Origin: a virus
Lineage: Duplodnaviria; Caudoviricetes
Length of the DNA stretch: 64,000 bases
Virus record (IMG/VR): IMGVR_UViG_3300021255_000094
Coordinates: 2,896-66,895 of that record
Reading direction: 5' to 3' (one strand)
Shown here: one piece after another, positions 34,839 through 43,471 of the stretch
Position numbering within the stretch: the stretch's first letter is position 1
Layout: every line of letters begins with the position of its first letter
Translations under genes and position numbers: made by a program
Notes under the pieces: generated by a model
The model's input: the letters and a program-made list of their open reading frames with translations, nothing else
Database searches by the model: none
Told to the model about the DNA's origin: nothing

Positions 34839-35102
34839 ATGGATAAAGAAACTTTAGCAACAGAAATGTTGAGGGAAATTAAAGCTACAAGTAAAAGGTG
34901 GTTTATAGCATTTATAGTAACTCTTTGTTTATGGTTCGCAACTATAGTTGGATTTATATGGTATATCACATTACCAGTTGAAGATACTACCTATACCCAA
35001 ACCGTTGATGATATAGATGAGAGTGAAATCACTCAGAACATTGGAGGTGATTTAGATGGCACGAGCAACACAGACAGTACGGAAGAAAAGACGAGCAACT
35101 AG
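34839..35102 (+). CDS. Small membrane protein
   Basis: RWFIAFIVTLCLWFATIVGFIWY TM segment; AAAGGAG RBS. Confidence 0.75.
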   Translation: MDKETLATEMLREIKATSKRWFIAFIVTLCLWFATIVGFIWYITLPVEDTTYTQTVDDIDESEITQNIGGDLDGTSNTDSTEEKTSN

Positions 35103-35124
35103 ACGTAGAAAAGGAAGAAGATAA
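35056..35124 (+). CDS. 22-aa Arg/Lys-rich peptide
   Basis: GGAGGTG RBS then MARATQTVRKKRRATRRRKGRR*; stop overlaps next ATG. Confidence 0.55.
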   Translation: MARATQTVRKKRRATRRRKGRR

Positions 35125-35462
35125 TGGCTAGTAACATTAAGACAATAAAGAAGTTGCAATTAGCAATCAATACAAATTGTCCATTCAGAATACTATATAC
35201 AACTAATCAATTTTATTCAGTGGATAAACAAATGCCAGTAACAAAGTATTGTCTTAGGAAAGCTGATATAAACTATGATACACATAGAAGTGATAGCACG
35301 GAAATATTCAGCACTTATTCACAGTTGCAGATTATCTTATATCTTAGAGATTTGTGGTATACTTATTTAGGAAAAGAGATACCAACAGATAATGAATTAT
35401 GGGAGAATATTAAGGCGAGAGACGGAATAACTCTTGATACATATAAGGACGTGATAGCGTGA
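35124..35462 (+). CDS. Hypothetical protein
   Basis: ORF track; coupled to neighbours. Confidence 0.75.
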   Translation: MASNIKTIKKLQLAINTNCPFRILYTTNQFYSVDKQMPVTKYCLRKADINYDTHRSDSTEIFSTYSQLQIILYLRDLWYTYLGKEIPTDNELWENIKARDGITLDTYKDVIA

Positions 35463-36037
35463 GTGATAAAATACAGAGATTATCTAAGGATATAGTAAGT
35501 AAATATGAACTAGGTCAGAAGCCTAAAATAAATAGATATAAGACTAGCGCACAGCCTATAACACAAACTGAGACATATAAAACACAATATGTCACCCACA
35601 ATAAAGAGCCATTAACATTTAGGGAAGCAAGATTCATAGATGCATATATGGTTAATTATGACGGGGTAGAGGCAGTAGAGAAAGCTGGTTTTAAGGTCAA
35701 GGATAAAAGAGCTAAAGCTAGGTTATTATTATCTAAAGACTATATAGCAGATGAGATAGCATATAGAACGGAAATATATGCTAGTGAATGTATAGCAGAT
35801 AGGCAAGAGGTTTTAGAATACTTCACAGCAGTAATGCGTGGAGAAGTAAAAGACCAATTCGATTTAGATGCACCACTATCTGAAAGGACAGCCGCCGCAA
35901 GAGAGCTAAAGAAAGTCCTTATAGATGATGTAGAAAAAGGAAAGAATGTACAAGCGCAACAAGTAGTAGTAAATATAGATATGTCAAGAACAGAAGAAAC
36001 TGATAGTGTTGTTGATATACAGCAGTTGTCAGATTGA
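35459..36037 (+). CDS. terS: Terminase small subunit
   Basis: LTFREARFIDAY...A...AGF, ADRQEVLEYFTAVMRGE, AAARELKK. Confidence 0.85.
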   Translation: MSDKIQRLSKDIVSKYELGQKPKINRYKTSAQPITQTETYKTQYVTHNKEPLTFREARFIDAYMVNYDGVEAVEKAGFKVKDKRAKARLLLSKDYIADEIAYRTEIYASECIADRQEVLEYFTAVMRGEVKDQFDLDAPLSERTAAARELKKVLIDDVEKGKNVQAQQVVVNIDMSRTEETDSVVDIQQLSD

Positions 36038-36060
36038 TTTCATATTGTTTTACCTCTTAT

Positions 36061-36104
36061 TAAGGAAGAGTCAGGTGTTGAGTCAGCACTTGGCTCTTTT
36101 CTTA
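36061..36104 (+). terminator. Terminator hairpin after terS
   Basis: AAGGAAGAGTCAGGTGTTG / CAGCACTTGGCTCTTTTCTT. Confidence 0.75.
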
Positions 36105-36129
36105 TGGTGAAATATTTCCATACAGCATC

Positions 36130-36261
36130 GGAGTCATTAAAGTTGGTTGTAAATTTTTTTATTTAAAAAATAATAAGTATACTTATAGATAATCAAGCAA
36201 GCAATATTTAATTGAGAGCAAAATAATTTGTGGGTAGGGTTGGAGTCATTAAAGTTGGTTG
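36130..36261. repeat. Direct repeat GGAGTCATTAAAGTTGGTTG (two copies; others at 40937 and 33217)
   Basis: Exact 20-mers at 36130 and 36242. Confidence 0.9.
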
Positions 36262-36387
36262 CAAGTTCGCCCCCAGTCCGCCCCCTAGCCGGACCCCTAT
36301 TTTAAGATTTTATAAGATAGATCACTGTTTTCCACGGCTCGTCAAAAAAAACCAGTGCGAGAGTTGGGAAGGCGGGGGCGGGTTTTT

Positions 36388-36510
36388 TATATTCTAATAG
36401 TAGAAACGCCACAAAAAGCACTTTTTAAAATTGCGTAAAAACCGCTAAAATAAAGGGTTTAACGGCTTTTTATGGCGTGATTTTTAAAAAGTTTCTACTA
36501 TTAGAGTATA
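36388..36510. repeat. Long imperfect palindrome
   Basis: TATATTCTAATAGTAGAAAC / GTTTCTACTATTAGAGTATA outer arms with inner CTTTTTAAAA / TTTTAAAAAG. Confidence 0.8.
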
Positions 36511-36720
36511 AAAAGCGGGTTTTTGTGCTATATCAGAAAATTGATATTTTTGGCAGATATTTATTATTGAAATCAATTTGACAGAAGAGTAGACTATAAA
36601 TAAAAAAACGCTATGTTACGACATTATAAGTTTTGGATAGGTTAGGGTAACACTTAATCGAGTGGAAAATATCTGAGCTACTATTTAGAACTTATGGAAG
36701 TAGCAAGAAAGGAGAAAGAA

Positions 36721-36948
36721 ATGAAAGTAGAAAAGGTATTTGGAACAGTAACAGATGGCACAGGTTGGGAGAGAACAGTATTAAAAACAGATGGAACTTA
36801 TACACCATATGTAATAGTTACTGGTTATAACGGAAAGGACGGCTGGGCTTCAGCTTATGCTTATTTAGAGACAAAGCAGGATTTAGCCACTGTCATACTT
36901 CAGTTTATAGCTGATGGCGGAGAGTTCAAAGGTGAGTTGGTATTTTAG
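36721..36948 (+). CDS. Early-type hypothetical protein
   Basis: AAAGGAG RBS before ATG 36721. Confidence 0.7.
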   Translation: MKVEKVFGTVTDGTGWERTVLKTDGTYTPYVIVTGYNGKDGWASAYAYLETKQDLATVILQFIADGGEFKGELVF

Positions 36949-36964
36949 CAGAAAGGAAAAAGAT

Positions 36965-37156
36965 ATGGAAGCAAGAATTAAGGAGTACATTGATAACTGC
37001 AATATAAACCCAGGAGATTACAATATCAAGGATTTAGCAGTTGGTTTCATTTTAGGATTACACCCCTCTGAGTGTTCAGAAATGGACCCATACGATTTAG
37101 GTAACGATGGAATGTATGATGAGATATATAACCTGATAGCAGGTATTGTAAGATAA
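36965..37156 (+). CDS. Early-type hypothetical protein
   Basis: AAAGGA RBS before ATG 36965. Confidence 0.65.
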   Translation: MEARIKEYIDNCNINPGDYNIKDLAVGFILGLHPSECSEMDPYDLGNDGMYDEIYNLIAGIVR

Positions 37157-37173
37157 GAAAGGAGAACAAAATT

Positions 37174-37494
37174 ATGTTTATTAAGGGAAGTACAAAGAGA
37201 GGACAGCAGTTATTAGCTGGCGCAAGTTGGAGAAACTATGGTAACAAGATTTATGATGTTTATGGAAGACCATCATCGGCAAAGATAAAAGCTTGGGAAG
37301 CTTGTATGAGGGAATACGCAGAGTGTTCGGACAGAAGTAACTTTAGGATTACAAGTTTCAACTGCCAGCATTTCACAGTAGCTTGGGAATGCACAGTTGA
37401 ATATATGGACCCAAAGACCGGAGAGCTGACAATGGAGCGCATAACTCATATTGACACTGGATACAATACATATGAGGTACTACTGGACAAGTAG
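37174..37494 (+). CDS. Hypothetical protein
   Basis: AAAGGAG RBS; YGRPSSAKIKAWEAC motif. Confidence 0.75.
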   Translation: MFIKGSTKRGQQLLAGASWRNYGNKIYDVYGRPSSAKIKAWEACMREYAECSDRSNFRITSFNCQHFTVAWECTVEYMDPKTGELTMERITHIDTGYNTYEVLLDK

Positions 37495-37528
37495 TACCTC
37501 GCTCGAAAGGGCAGAAAGGAGAATTATT

Positions 37529-38005
37529 ATGGAAAAGAAAGTTATCAATAAGTTTGGAGAGCATTATCTACTCGGAGTAGATGAGTATGGCACAAAGTAT
37601 TATCTTGAAAAAGAGTCTTGGGACTGTGGCTGGTATTGGGGGCTTGGATACGTTCACACATTCACTAATAATAGGAGCCCACAGCTTTCTAGGGACTTAC
37701 AGTCACACCAGCATTTTAATGGAATGTTTTTCAATCAGAATAAATGCGGATATGATGCATTTAAAGAGTTCTTTGTGGAAACCCCTCTCACAGATGATGA
37801 GATTTGGGAGTTGGTTGATTTGATGAGGACAGCATATACTCTCAAGGAATCAGCAGAGCTGTTTGGAAGAGGCTATTCTCACTATACTAGCAGAGCAAAG
37901 TTGGATGTAGTAGTAAATGAAGATTATGTGGAAAATATCAATCATACTATGATACCAGCAGTTATGGATAGAGTTAGAGACATATTAACAAAGGAGGCTG
38001 AATAA
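37529..38005 (+). CDS. Conserved phage hypothetical protein
   Basis: SWDCGWYWGLGYV motif; RBS before ATG 37529. Confidence 0.75.
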   Translation: MEKKVINKFGEHYLLGVDEYGTKYYLEKESWDCGWYWGLGYVHTFTNNRSPQLSRDLQSHQHFNGMFFNQNKCGYDAFKEFFVETPLTDDEIWELVDLMRTAYTLKESAELFGRGYSHYTSRAKLDVVVNEDYVENINHTMIPAVMDRVRDILTKEAE

Positions 38006-38006
38006 T

Positions 38007-38270
38007 ATGAGAAAAGAAGAAAAGCTGGAGGTCTTGAAAATGGAATGCCGTGCCTACTACTCAGGCTGTGGCGGAATTGAGATAAAAGATATAATTCACG
38101 GAATTGAAACTTATGTGGTGTTTGTGGCTGGTGCTTGGACCAGCCAGCCCACAGCTCACAGAGCTAAGATATACTATACGGCGGAACCATATTTCAGGTA
38201 TAACGGATATACCATCAAACTGGACGAATGTATATTGTCTGAACGTACAATGTTTGGGGAGGTGATATAG
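38007..38270 (+). CDS. Hypothetical protein
   Basis: AAGGAGG RBS. Confidence 0.7.
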   Translation: MRKEEKLEVLKMECRAYYSGCGGIEIKDIIHGIETYVVFVAGAWTSQPTAHRAKIYYTAEPYFRYNGYTIKLDECILSERTMFGEVI

Positions 38271-38695
38271 TGAACAAGGAAACAAAGACAGTAAAGGTAC
38301 TTAATGGAAAGAAAACTATAACTCAAGCAACAACAGTTCGGGAAGCAGTCAAGTTGTTAATGTCAGATGTTTACACGGAAAAGGTAAATTTGGAAGATTC
38401 TAAACATAGGGTATCTAAACAGAATAGGGATTTGCATATACTTGATACTTATATATGCTGGCTGTGTAGTAGAGTTATTAGGAGATTAGATAAAAACATA
38501 GATCCGGAGAAAATAATTGAAGGACTCAAAGTCACAGATTGGATTAAGTATAGTTATGCTGGCAAAATATATTCTGGAGACACATTAAGGGAGATAATGT
38601 TTAACCCCCGTGAGGACCAGCTAACACTTTTAGCATTTCAAGCAGATTATATGGAAAGGGCAACTAATGTAGTAATAGATGTTATGGAGGGATAA
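38270..38695 (+). CDS. Hypothetical protein
   Basis: GGAGGTG RBS, GTG start. Confidence 0.7.
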   Translation: MNKETKTVKVLNGKKTITQATTVREAVKLLMSDVYTEKVNLEDSKHRVSKQNRDLHILDTYICWLCSRVIRRLDKNIDPEKIIEGLKVTDWIKYSYAGKIYSGDTLREIMFNPREDQLTLLAFQADYMERATNVVIDVMEG

Positions 38696-38801
38696 TATAT
38701 GTTAGGAATAATGTTTGTAACACTGGTTAGTTATATAGTATATAAGGAAAATATAATATCAAGAATTTTGGATAAATGTATAATAGAGGAGGATTAGAGC
38801 T

Positions 38802-39134
38802 ATGGGTATAAATGGAAAAAACTTAGATAGAGTGGTAAATGAGCAGATGATTGTGGAAAGAATATATAATGAAGCAGAAACTAAGGAAGAAATGTTGCTA
38901 GCCATAAATGCAGAACTACTGGCATTAGGAACTTTATATTCTAAGGATTATTTTGATATAACTATGTATGATAGAGTTAAAGATTTTCCTAATGCTGATT
39001 ATGTAGCAGTAGGACAAGTTGCAAAAACAGAAGAGGATTTTGATGATGACTATTATGGATATATAATACCTAAATCTTATATAAAGAATGGAGAATATAT
39101 AGTAGAATATAAGATTATCTGGAAGAATATGTAA
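38802..39134 (+). CDS. Hypothetical protein
   Basis: GAGGAGG RBS. Confidence 0.65.
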   Translation: MGINGKNLDRVVNEQMIVERIYNEAETKEEMLLAINAELLALGTLYSKDYFDITMYDRVKDFPNADYVAVGQVAKTEEDFDDDYYGYIIPKSYIKNGEYIVEYKIIWKNM

Positions 39135-39151
39135 TGACAGAATTTTAATAT

Positions 39152-39190
39152 AAAAGGCAGAATGTTGGTATTGCATTCCGCCTTTTATTT
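39152..39190 (+). terminator. Terminator hairpin
   Basis: AAAAGGCAGAATG / CATTCCGCCTTTT followed by ATTT. Confidence 0.7.
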
Positions 39191-39265
39191 TAGTACAATA
39201 AAATAAAAAATGTATATGGCACGACATTGAGCCACTTGGATGGCTCAGTCAGAAAGGAGCAAATT

Positions 39266-39499
39266 ATGGAAGCTATCATATTTAAGAATTGTGTAATGGG
39301 AATGGTAAAGGTTATAGAGACTGTGGAGTATCAAGAATTTGATGAAGATAATGGCTGGGAAGATATGGCAGTGTTGCCAGGAAACTACCCTTACCGAATC
39401 GGGTATATAAAAGGTTGGAAGCCCGTTCAGTTATTCATAGATGATGTGTGGGTTGATGCACCTTTTGAGATTATCAAACAAATAGAAAGGAGAATGTAA
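39266..39499 (+). CDS. Hypothetical protein
   Basis: AAAGGAG RBS before ATG 39266. Confidence 0.7.
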   Translation: MEAIIFKNCVMGMVKVIETVEYQEFDEDNGWEDMAVLPGNYPYRIGYIKGWKPVQLFIDDVWVDAPFEIIKQIERRM

Positions 39500-39500
39500 T

Positions 39501-39776
39501 ATGGAAACTTGGGTAGTTTATGATTTAGATGTTTGGGGAAATGAGGAAGATGGTTATGAGGTTAATGATTGGTGGGCAGTTGGAGAGCTGAGTTTCACAG
39601 ATATGGAAATACAAGATGATAAAGTCATTTTGGAAAAAATGAAAAAAGCTGGTTATCTCAAAACGTCAGATATGAGGAAGCTAGAAGTTGTGGCTGATTA
39701 TGGATTTATTCAGATAGTGGAAAGAAAGACTGGTAAATATTTATACAACTTAGAACTTAAAAAGGAGGGAAGATAA
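39501..39776 (+). CDS. Hypothetical protein with DVWGNEEDGYEVND motif
   Basis: Motif recognised from mobile-element proteins. Confidence 0.75.
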   Translation: METWVVYDLDVWGNEEDGYEVNDWWAVGELSFTDMEIQDDKVILEKMKKAGYLKTSDMRKLEVVADYGFIQIVERKTGKYLYNLELKKEGR

Positions 39777-39777
39777 T

Positions 39778-40005
39778 ATGCTGTATGTTAGAGATTTATC
39801 TAAAAATGAAAAGCTGGAACTTTACAAACAGATTAAAGGATTCTGTTTATGGGAAGGCAGTGCTAAAAAAGATTGTTTAGTTCACGTTAATATGGGAAAG
39901 ATAATGGACGAAAAAGTAAAGGATATAATTGATGTAATAATCAATTATGATATGGCAATAGATTATATGGAAGTTTATAAAGATTATAGTTATGGGAGGT
40001 ATTAA
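39778..40005 (+). CDS. Hypothetical protein
   Basis: AAGGAGG RBS. Confidence 0.65.
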   Translation: MLYVRDLSKNEKLELYKQIKGFCLWEGSAKKDCLVHVNMGKIMDEKVKDIIDVIINYDMAIDYMEVYKDYSYGRY

Positions 40006-40008
40006 GAT

Positions 40009-40191
40009 ATGAAAAAGGAATATAGAATAACTTATAATAATGGAAACCCACCACAGATAATAAGGGCGCACGATATATCTAAGGAAGAAAATGGGTATAT
40101 GCTGTGGAATGGTTTAGATGGAGGTGTTACATTTTTAAAAGGCACATATATTGAAAAAGTGGAATTGATTAAGTATGAGGAGGTAAGATAA
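40009..40191 (+). CDS. Hypothetical protein
   Basis: GGAGG RBS. Confidence 0.65.
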   Translation: MKKEYRITYNNGNPPQIIRAHDISKEENGYMLWNGLDGGVTFLKGTYIEKVELIKYEEVR

Positions 40192-40192
40192 T

Positions 40193-40867
40193 ATGACTAA
40201 TGAAAAGATGTTGGAAAAGCTAATAGCTATGAAGCTTGAGGAAGAAGATGTATATAGAAATGGTTACATTGTTTGGAAAGACCAGTACAATGAATTAGTT
40301 GAAGCACTAAAGGCAGATATTAGGGACGAGAATAATAAGAAAGCTGGAAAGTCAAATGTGGCAAAACTAGGAAAGGCAGTTCTTAAAAATGCCGTAAAGA
40401 TAACTGGTGGAAAGAATCAGAATACTAAAAGTATGATGAGATATGCACACACTAAGGATGGAGTACAGTATGTATTAGATAGTCATAGGATAGCTTGGTT
40501 TTATGAACCACTAGACTTGCCGGAATGGAATGAAAAAGATGGTGACTGGTATCAGATAGATAGATTAGTAACTATGGAAGTAGATGATACACCTTTAGAG
40601 TTACCAACTATTGGAGAGATAAAGGCAGAAATGAAAGCGAGAAAACTGGAGAAGTATCAGCACTTAATATATGTATTTGATAATGGATTAACTATAAACC
40701 CACAATATCTTTTAGATTATATGGAAGCTTTTCCGGATATGAAAGTATATAGAAGTGCTAGCAAGAATTATAAGAGAGAGCCATTGTGGATAGAGGCAGA
40801 AGAAGGAGGCGGTGTACTTCTACCAGTAAATGGAGAAGATAGAGAAAAAGGATTTTATGTAATATAA
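40193..40867 (+). CDS. Hypothetical protein with beta-clamp-domain-like C-terminus
   Basis: INPQYLLDYMEAF...EPLWIE...GVLLPV resembles DnaN C-terminal FNxxYLxD...P......LxxP pattern; weak call. Confidence 0.55.
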   Translation: MTNEKMLEKLIAMKLEEEDVYRNGYIVWKDQYNELVEALKADIRDENNKKAGKSNVAKLGKAVLKNAVKITGGKNQNTKSMMRYAHTKDGVQYVLDSHRIAWFYEPLDLPEWNEKDGDWYQIDRLVTMEVDDTPLELPTIGEIKAEMKARKLEKYQHLIYVFDNGLTINPQYLLDYMEAFPDMKVYRSASKNYKREPLWIEAEEGGGVLLPVNGEDREKGFYVI

Positions 40868-40875
40868 TTTTAATT

Positions 40876-40906
40876 AGCCGTAGGTGGAAACACTTACGGC
40901 TTTTTT
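40876..40906 (+). terminator. Intrinsic terminator
   Basis: AGCCGTAGGTG-GAAA-CACTTACGGCT followed by T-run. Confidence 0.9.
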
Positions 40907-41484
40907 GTTTGCTTAAAATAAAGTCCACATACACTCGGAGTCATTAAAGTTCGTTGCAAAAAAATCACCCCAGGAAACTTCTATCACCTGAACGAAATTT
41001 CCTGGGGTTCATCTTCTCCCTCTCCCTCTTGGTTTACATAATATTTTTTAGTTGTATGTGCTTAACGCCAGTTGTCGCAACGTGTGACGTGTTAAGCATA
41101 CTTAACGCCCGTTGCATATACTTATTGTGTGTTATAAAAGTCTCCATGTTTTAACTAGCGTTAAGGGGTTTTAACCCTTATACCCGTATGATACCACATC
41201 AGCCCGTTTTGTACACTGGCAAATTTGCCGAAAACTATACGCCCATTATAAAACACGTTTTGAGGGGGCTGTGAGGCGTTTTACGGCGTTTTATGGCGTT
41301 AGGGGTATAATTGCAAGGGTAAAGCCTAAAAACGCCTTAAAACGCAAATAAAGGCGGTTTACATAATGCATTTAAAAAGTTTCTTCTATTATATGCAAAA
41401 AAGAGGTGTATTTTTTGCCGTGCTGGTGTTTGTTGTCAAGTAAAAATACTTGACACCCTATACAAAGTCGGCTGATCTATGTTA

Positions 41485-41523
41485 AAATGACAGAATTTTG
41501 ATATAAATGACAGAATTTTGATA
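41485..41523. repeat. Tandem 19-mer AAATGACAGAATTTTGATA x2
   Basis: Copies at 41485 and 41505; near-copy at 39133. Confidence 0.85.
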
Positions 41524-41625
41524 CTTTGACTTTCATACCAGTGCGAGTCTTTGTGCAAGTTGCACAACAAAAACCACTTTTTATTGTATGCTTCCCACAA
41601 AAAGTAAAAAAATAGCAAAAAGTCG

Positions 41626-41654
41626 TTGCATATACATTTACATTTATGTATTAT
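41626..41654 (+). promoter_or_regulatory. Probable promoter
   Basis: TTGCAT(41626)-17 nt-TATTAT(41649). Confidence 0.55.
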
Positions 41655-41727
41655 GGTATTGACAAGTTGTGCTTGTCACTTGCCACTACTGGCAAGTAAC
41701 TACATACAGAAAAGAGGTAAACAAGAT

Positions 41728-41913
41728 ATGAAAAGATACACGGCAGAACAAAACAACAAAGCAATAACACAACTTAACCGCTTAACGATAGCAAAGATAA
41801 CAAGCGGTAAAAGCGTGAGTAAAAAAGGTTATACGCCTAACCAGCTTTTAAACATTCAGCGACTAGCAAACAGACTGAATCACGGCAAAGAGTTTGTGAT
41901 AGCTTATAGATAA
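41728..41913 (+). CDS. Small basic hypothetical protein
   Basis: GAGGT RBS before ATG 41728. Confidence 0.6.
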   Translation: MKRYTAEQNNKAITQLNRLTIAKITSGKSVSKKGYTPNQLLNIQRLANRLNHGKEFVIAYR

Positions 41914-41928
41914 AAAGGGGGTAACAAT

Positions 41929-42111
41929 ATGGTAACAAAAATAGTATTACAATTTGATACAAAAAATAAAGAGTTATTATCATTTATATCAAATAATAAC
42001 AAGGCAGACTTTAACACAATATATTGTGAAGATGACACAAAAGATACAAAAGAAACCATTTATGAATTATATGATAAAATAATTCACTTATTAGAGAATA
42101 GGGGGGTATGA
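41929..42111 (+). CDS. Hypothetical protein
   Basis: G-rich RBS. Confidence 0.6.
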   Translation: MVTKIVLQFDTKNKELLSFISNNNKADFNTIYCEDDTKDTKETIYELYDKIIHLLENRGV

Positions 42112-42114
42112 AAT

Positions 42115-42558
42115 ATGTATTTTGATAAAATAGATTATACAATTTTTGAGATAGCAAACAAAAACGGCTTTACACCAATATTTACACCTTATATTGATGA
42201 AGACGAAGAGCAAATTCTTATAGGCTGGCAAAAGATAGAAAACAATACTTTGTATGTTGTGTCTTATGTAGAGCTTATGAGAGAATTCACGAACGATAAT
42301 TGTTTAGCCGATAATGTGCAAGCGTGGTTTGATTGTGCGTTAAAAATAAGCTGGCAAGACACAAAAAAGAGTTATGTATCAATTACGTACTTTGTGGGCT
42401 TTGATAGCATAACTTTTACAGTATACAGCGGGGGCGGGCTAGATGAATTTTTAACAATGTACACTAACCACTATGTAATAGATATAGAGGCACAATACAA
42501 AGTGGCACTTATTAGAGCGGTAGAGCAAATAGTAGCAAGGCAAATACTAAAACAATAA
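42115..42558 (+). CDS. Hypothetical protein
   Basis: G-rich RBS. Confidence 0.65.
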   Translation: MYFDKIDYTIFEIANKNGFTPIFTPYIDEDEEQILIGWQKIENNTLYVVSYVELMREFTNDNCLADNVQAWFDCALKISWQDTKKSYVSITYFVGFDSITFTVYSGGGLDEFLTMYTNHYVIDIEAQYKVALIRAVEQIVARQILKQ

Positions 42559-42606
42559 ACCAGTAAACCAAACAAAACTATAATAAAAGAAGAGAGGTAT
42601 AAGACA

Positions 42607-43200
42607 ATGAAAACAACAGCAAACACCACAAAAAACAGCACAAAAACAAGCGCAAACAAGCACAATGTTTCACGTGAAACATTAAAAAATAATATGAAAG
42701 TAGAGGGTAAAACAATGAACAAGAACAACACAAAAACAGTAGCAGAGATAATAGCAGATATTCAAAAAATGCCTAAGTATGACGGCACTAATTTTAAAGA
42801 GATTAGCAAGGGCGCAAAGATTAGAAAACGCACTAATGAAGATTTACAGCGACAGCGTGAGAGCGTGGCAAGAGATAGAGGGGGCAAGCTGGCAGACGTA
42901 GATATTAAAGCCGTAAAGGGTGCGACAGACTTTGACAAGCTGGTAACACTTGTTACCACCTATTATACAGACATAGCAACCGCCACAAAAAAGGCTGTAC
43001 GCTTTAAGTTTATAGATGGTAAAATAGTTTGTTGGCGTAGAGTAAATAATATAAGAGTATATACAGATAATACAGACTTGTTAGGGCTTGACTGGGTAGA
43101 AGATAACCACGAAATCGGCTACACTCACAGCGCATACACCAGTTACCTAACACTTGCAAAACTAATCACAGCGAACGCAACACCAGTAGAAAAAGCTTAA
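42607..43200 (+). CDS. Hypothetical protein (start may be ATG 42715)
   Basis: ORF track; two candidate RBS/ATG pairs. Confidence 0.65.
   Translation: MKTTANTTKNSTKTSANKHNVSRETLKNNMKVEGKTMNKNNTKTVAEIIADIQKMPKYDGTNFKEISKGAKIRKRTNEDLQRQRESVARDRGGKLADVDIKAVKGATDFDKLVTLVTTYYTDIATATKKAVRFKFIDGKIVCWRRVNNIRVYTDNTDLLGLDWVEDNHEIGYTHSAYTSYLTLAKLITANATPVEKA
42666..42681. promoter_or_regulatory. parS site 1
   Basis: TGTTTCACGTGAAACA, the Firmicutes ParB/Spo0J consensus. Confidence 0.85.
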
Positions 43201-43201
43201 A

Positions 43202-43217
43202 TGTTTCACGTGAAACA
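43202..43217. promoter_or_regulatory. parS site 2
   Basis: TGTTTCACGTGAAACA within a 22-bp perfect palindrome. Confidence 0.85.
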
Positions 43218-43221
43218 TTTT

Positions 43222-43260
43222 ACCCCCGTCCACACGGCAAAAAGTGGACGGGGGGTTTTT
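43222..43260 (+). terminator. Intrinsic terminator
   Basis: CCCCCGTCCAC / GTGGACGGGGG followed by T-run. Confidence 0.85.
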
Positions 43261-43369
43261 GTTGGCTGGCACAGAGAGAGAACAAAAAAATACTGAGTAC
43301 CCCTCTATCGTAATGCCCCAAAATTTCTAATAATATTGATGTCTTGTATTGTCGGATTTCTGATGAGAA

Positions 43370-43385
43370 TGTTTCACGTGAAACG
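43370..43385. promoter_or_regulatory. parS site 3 (one mismatch)
   Basis: TGTTTCACGTGAAACG. Confidence 0.75.
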
Positions 43386-43402
43386 TGTTTAGCAAGTTTG
43401 AA

Positions 43403-43418
43403 TGTTTCACGTGAAACA
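43403..43418. promoter_or_regulatory. parS site 4
   Basis: TGTTTCACGTGAAACA flanked by TAGCAAG / CTTGCTA. Confidence 0.85.
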
Positions 43419-43471
43419 TCTTGCTAGAGTTTACATAACGTGTTATATTATGTTTATGGGAGAGTAAGAAG

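Noticed and set aside
36130-36261. CRISPR mini-array from the 20-bp direct repeat
   Set aside because: Only two nearby copies, 112 bp apart, with other copies kilobases away, and no resemblance to CRISPR repeat ends. The Cas4-like gene is a stand-alone nuclease in a recombination cluster.
40954-41154. 66-aa ORF in the repeat block
   Set aside because: No RBS, TTG start, and composed of inverted-repeat sequence.
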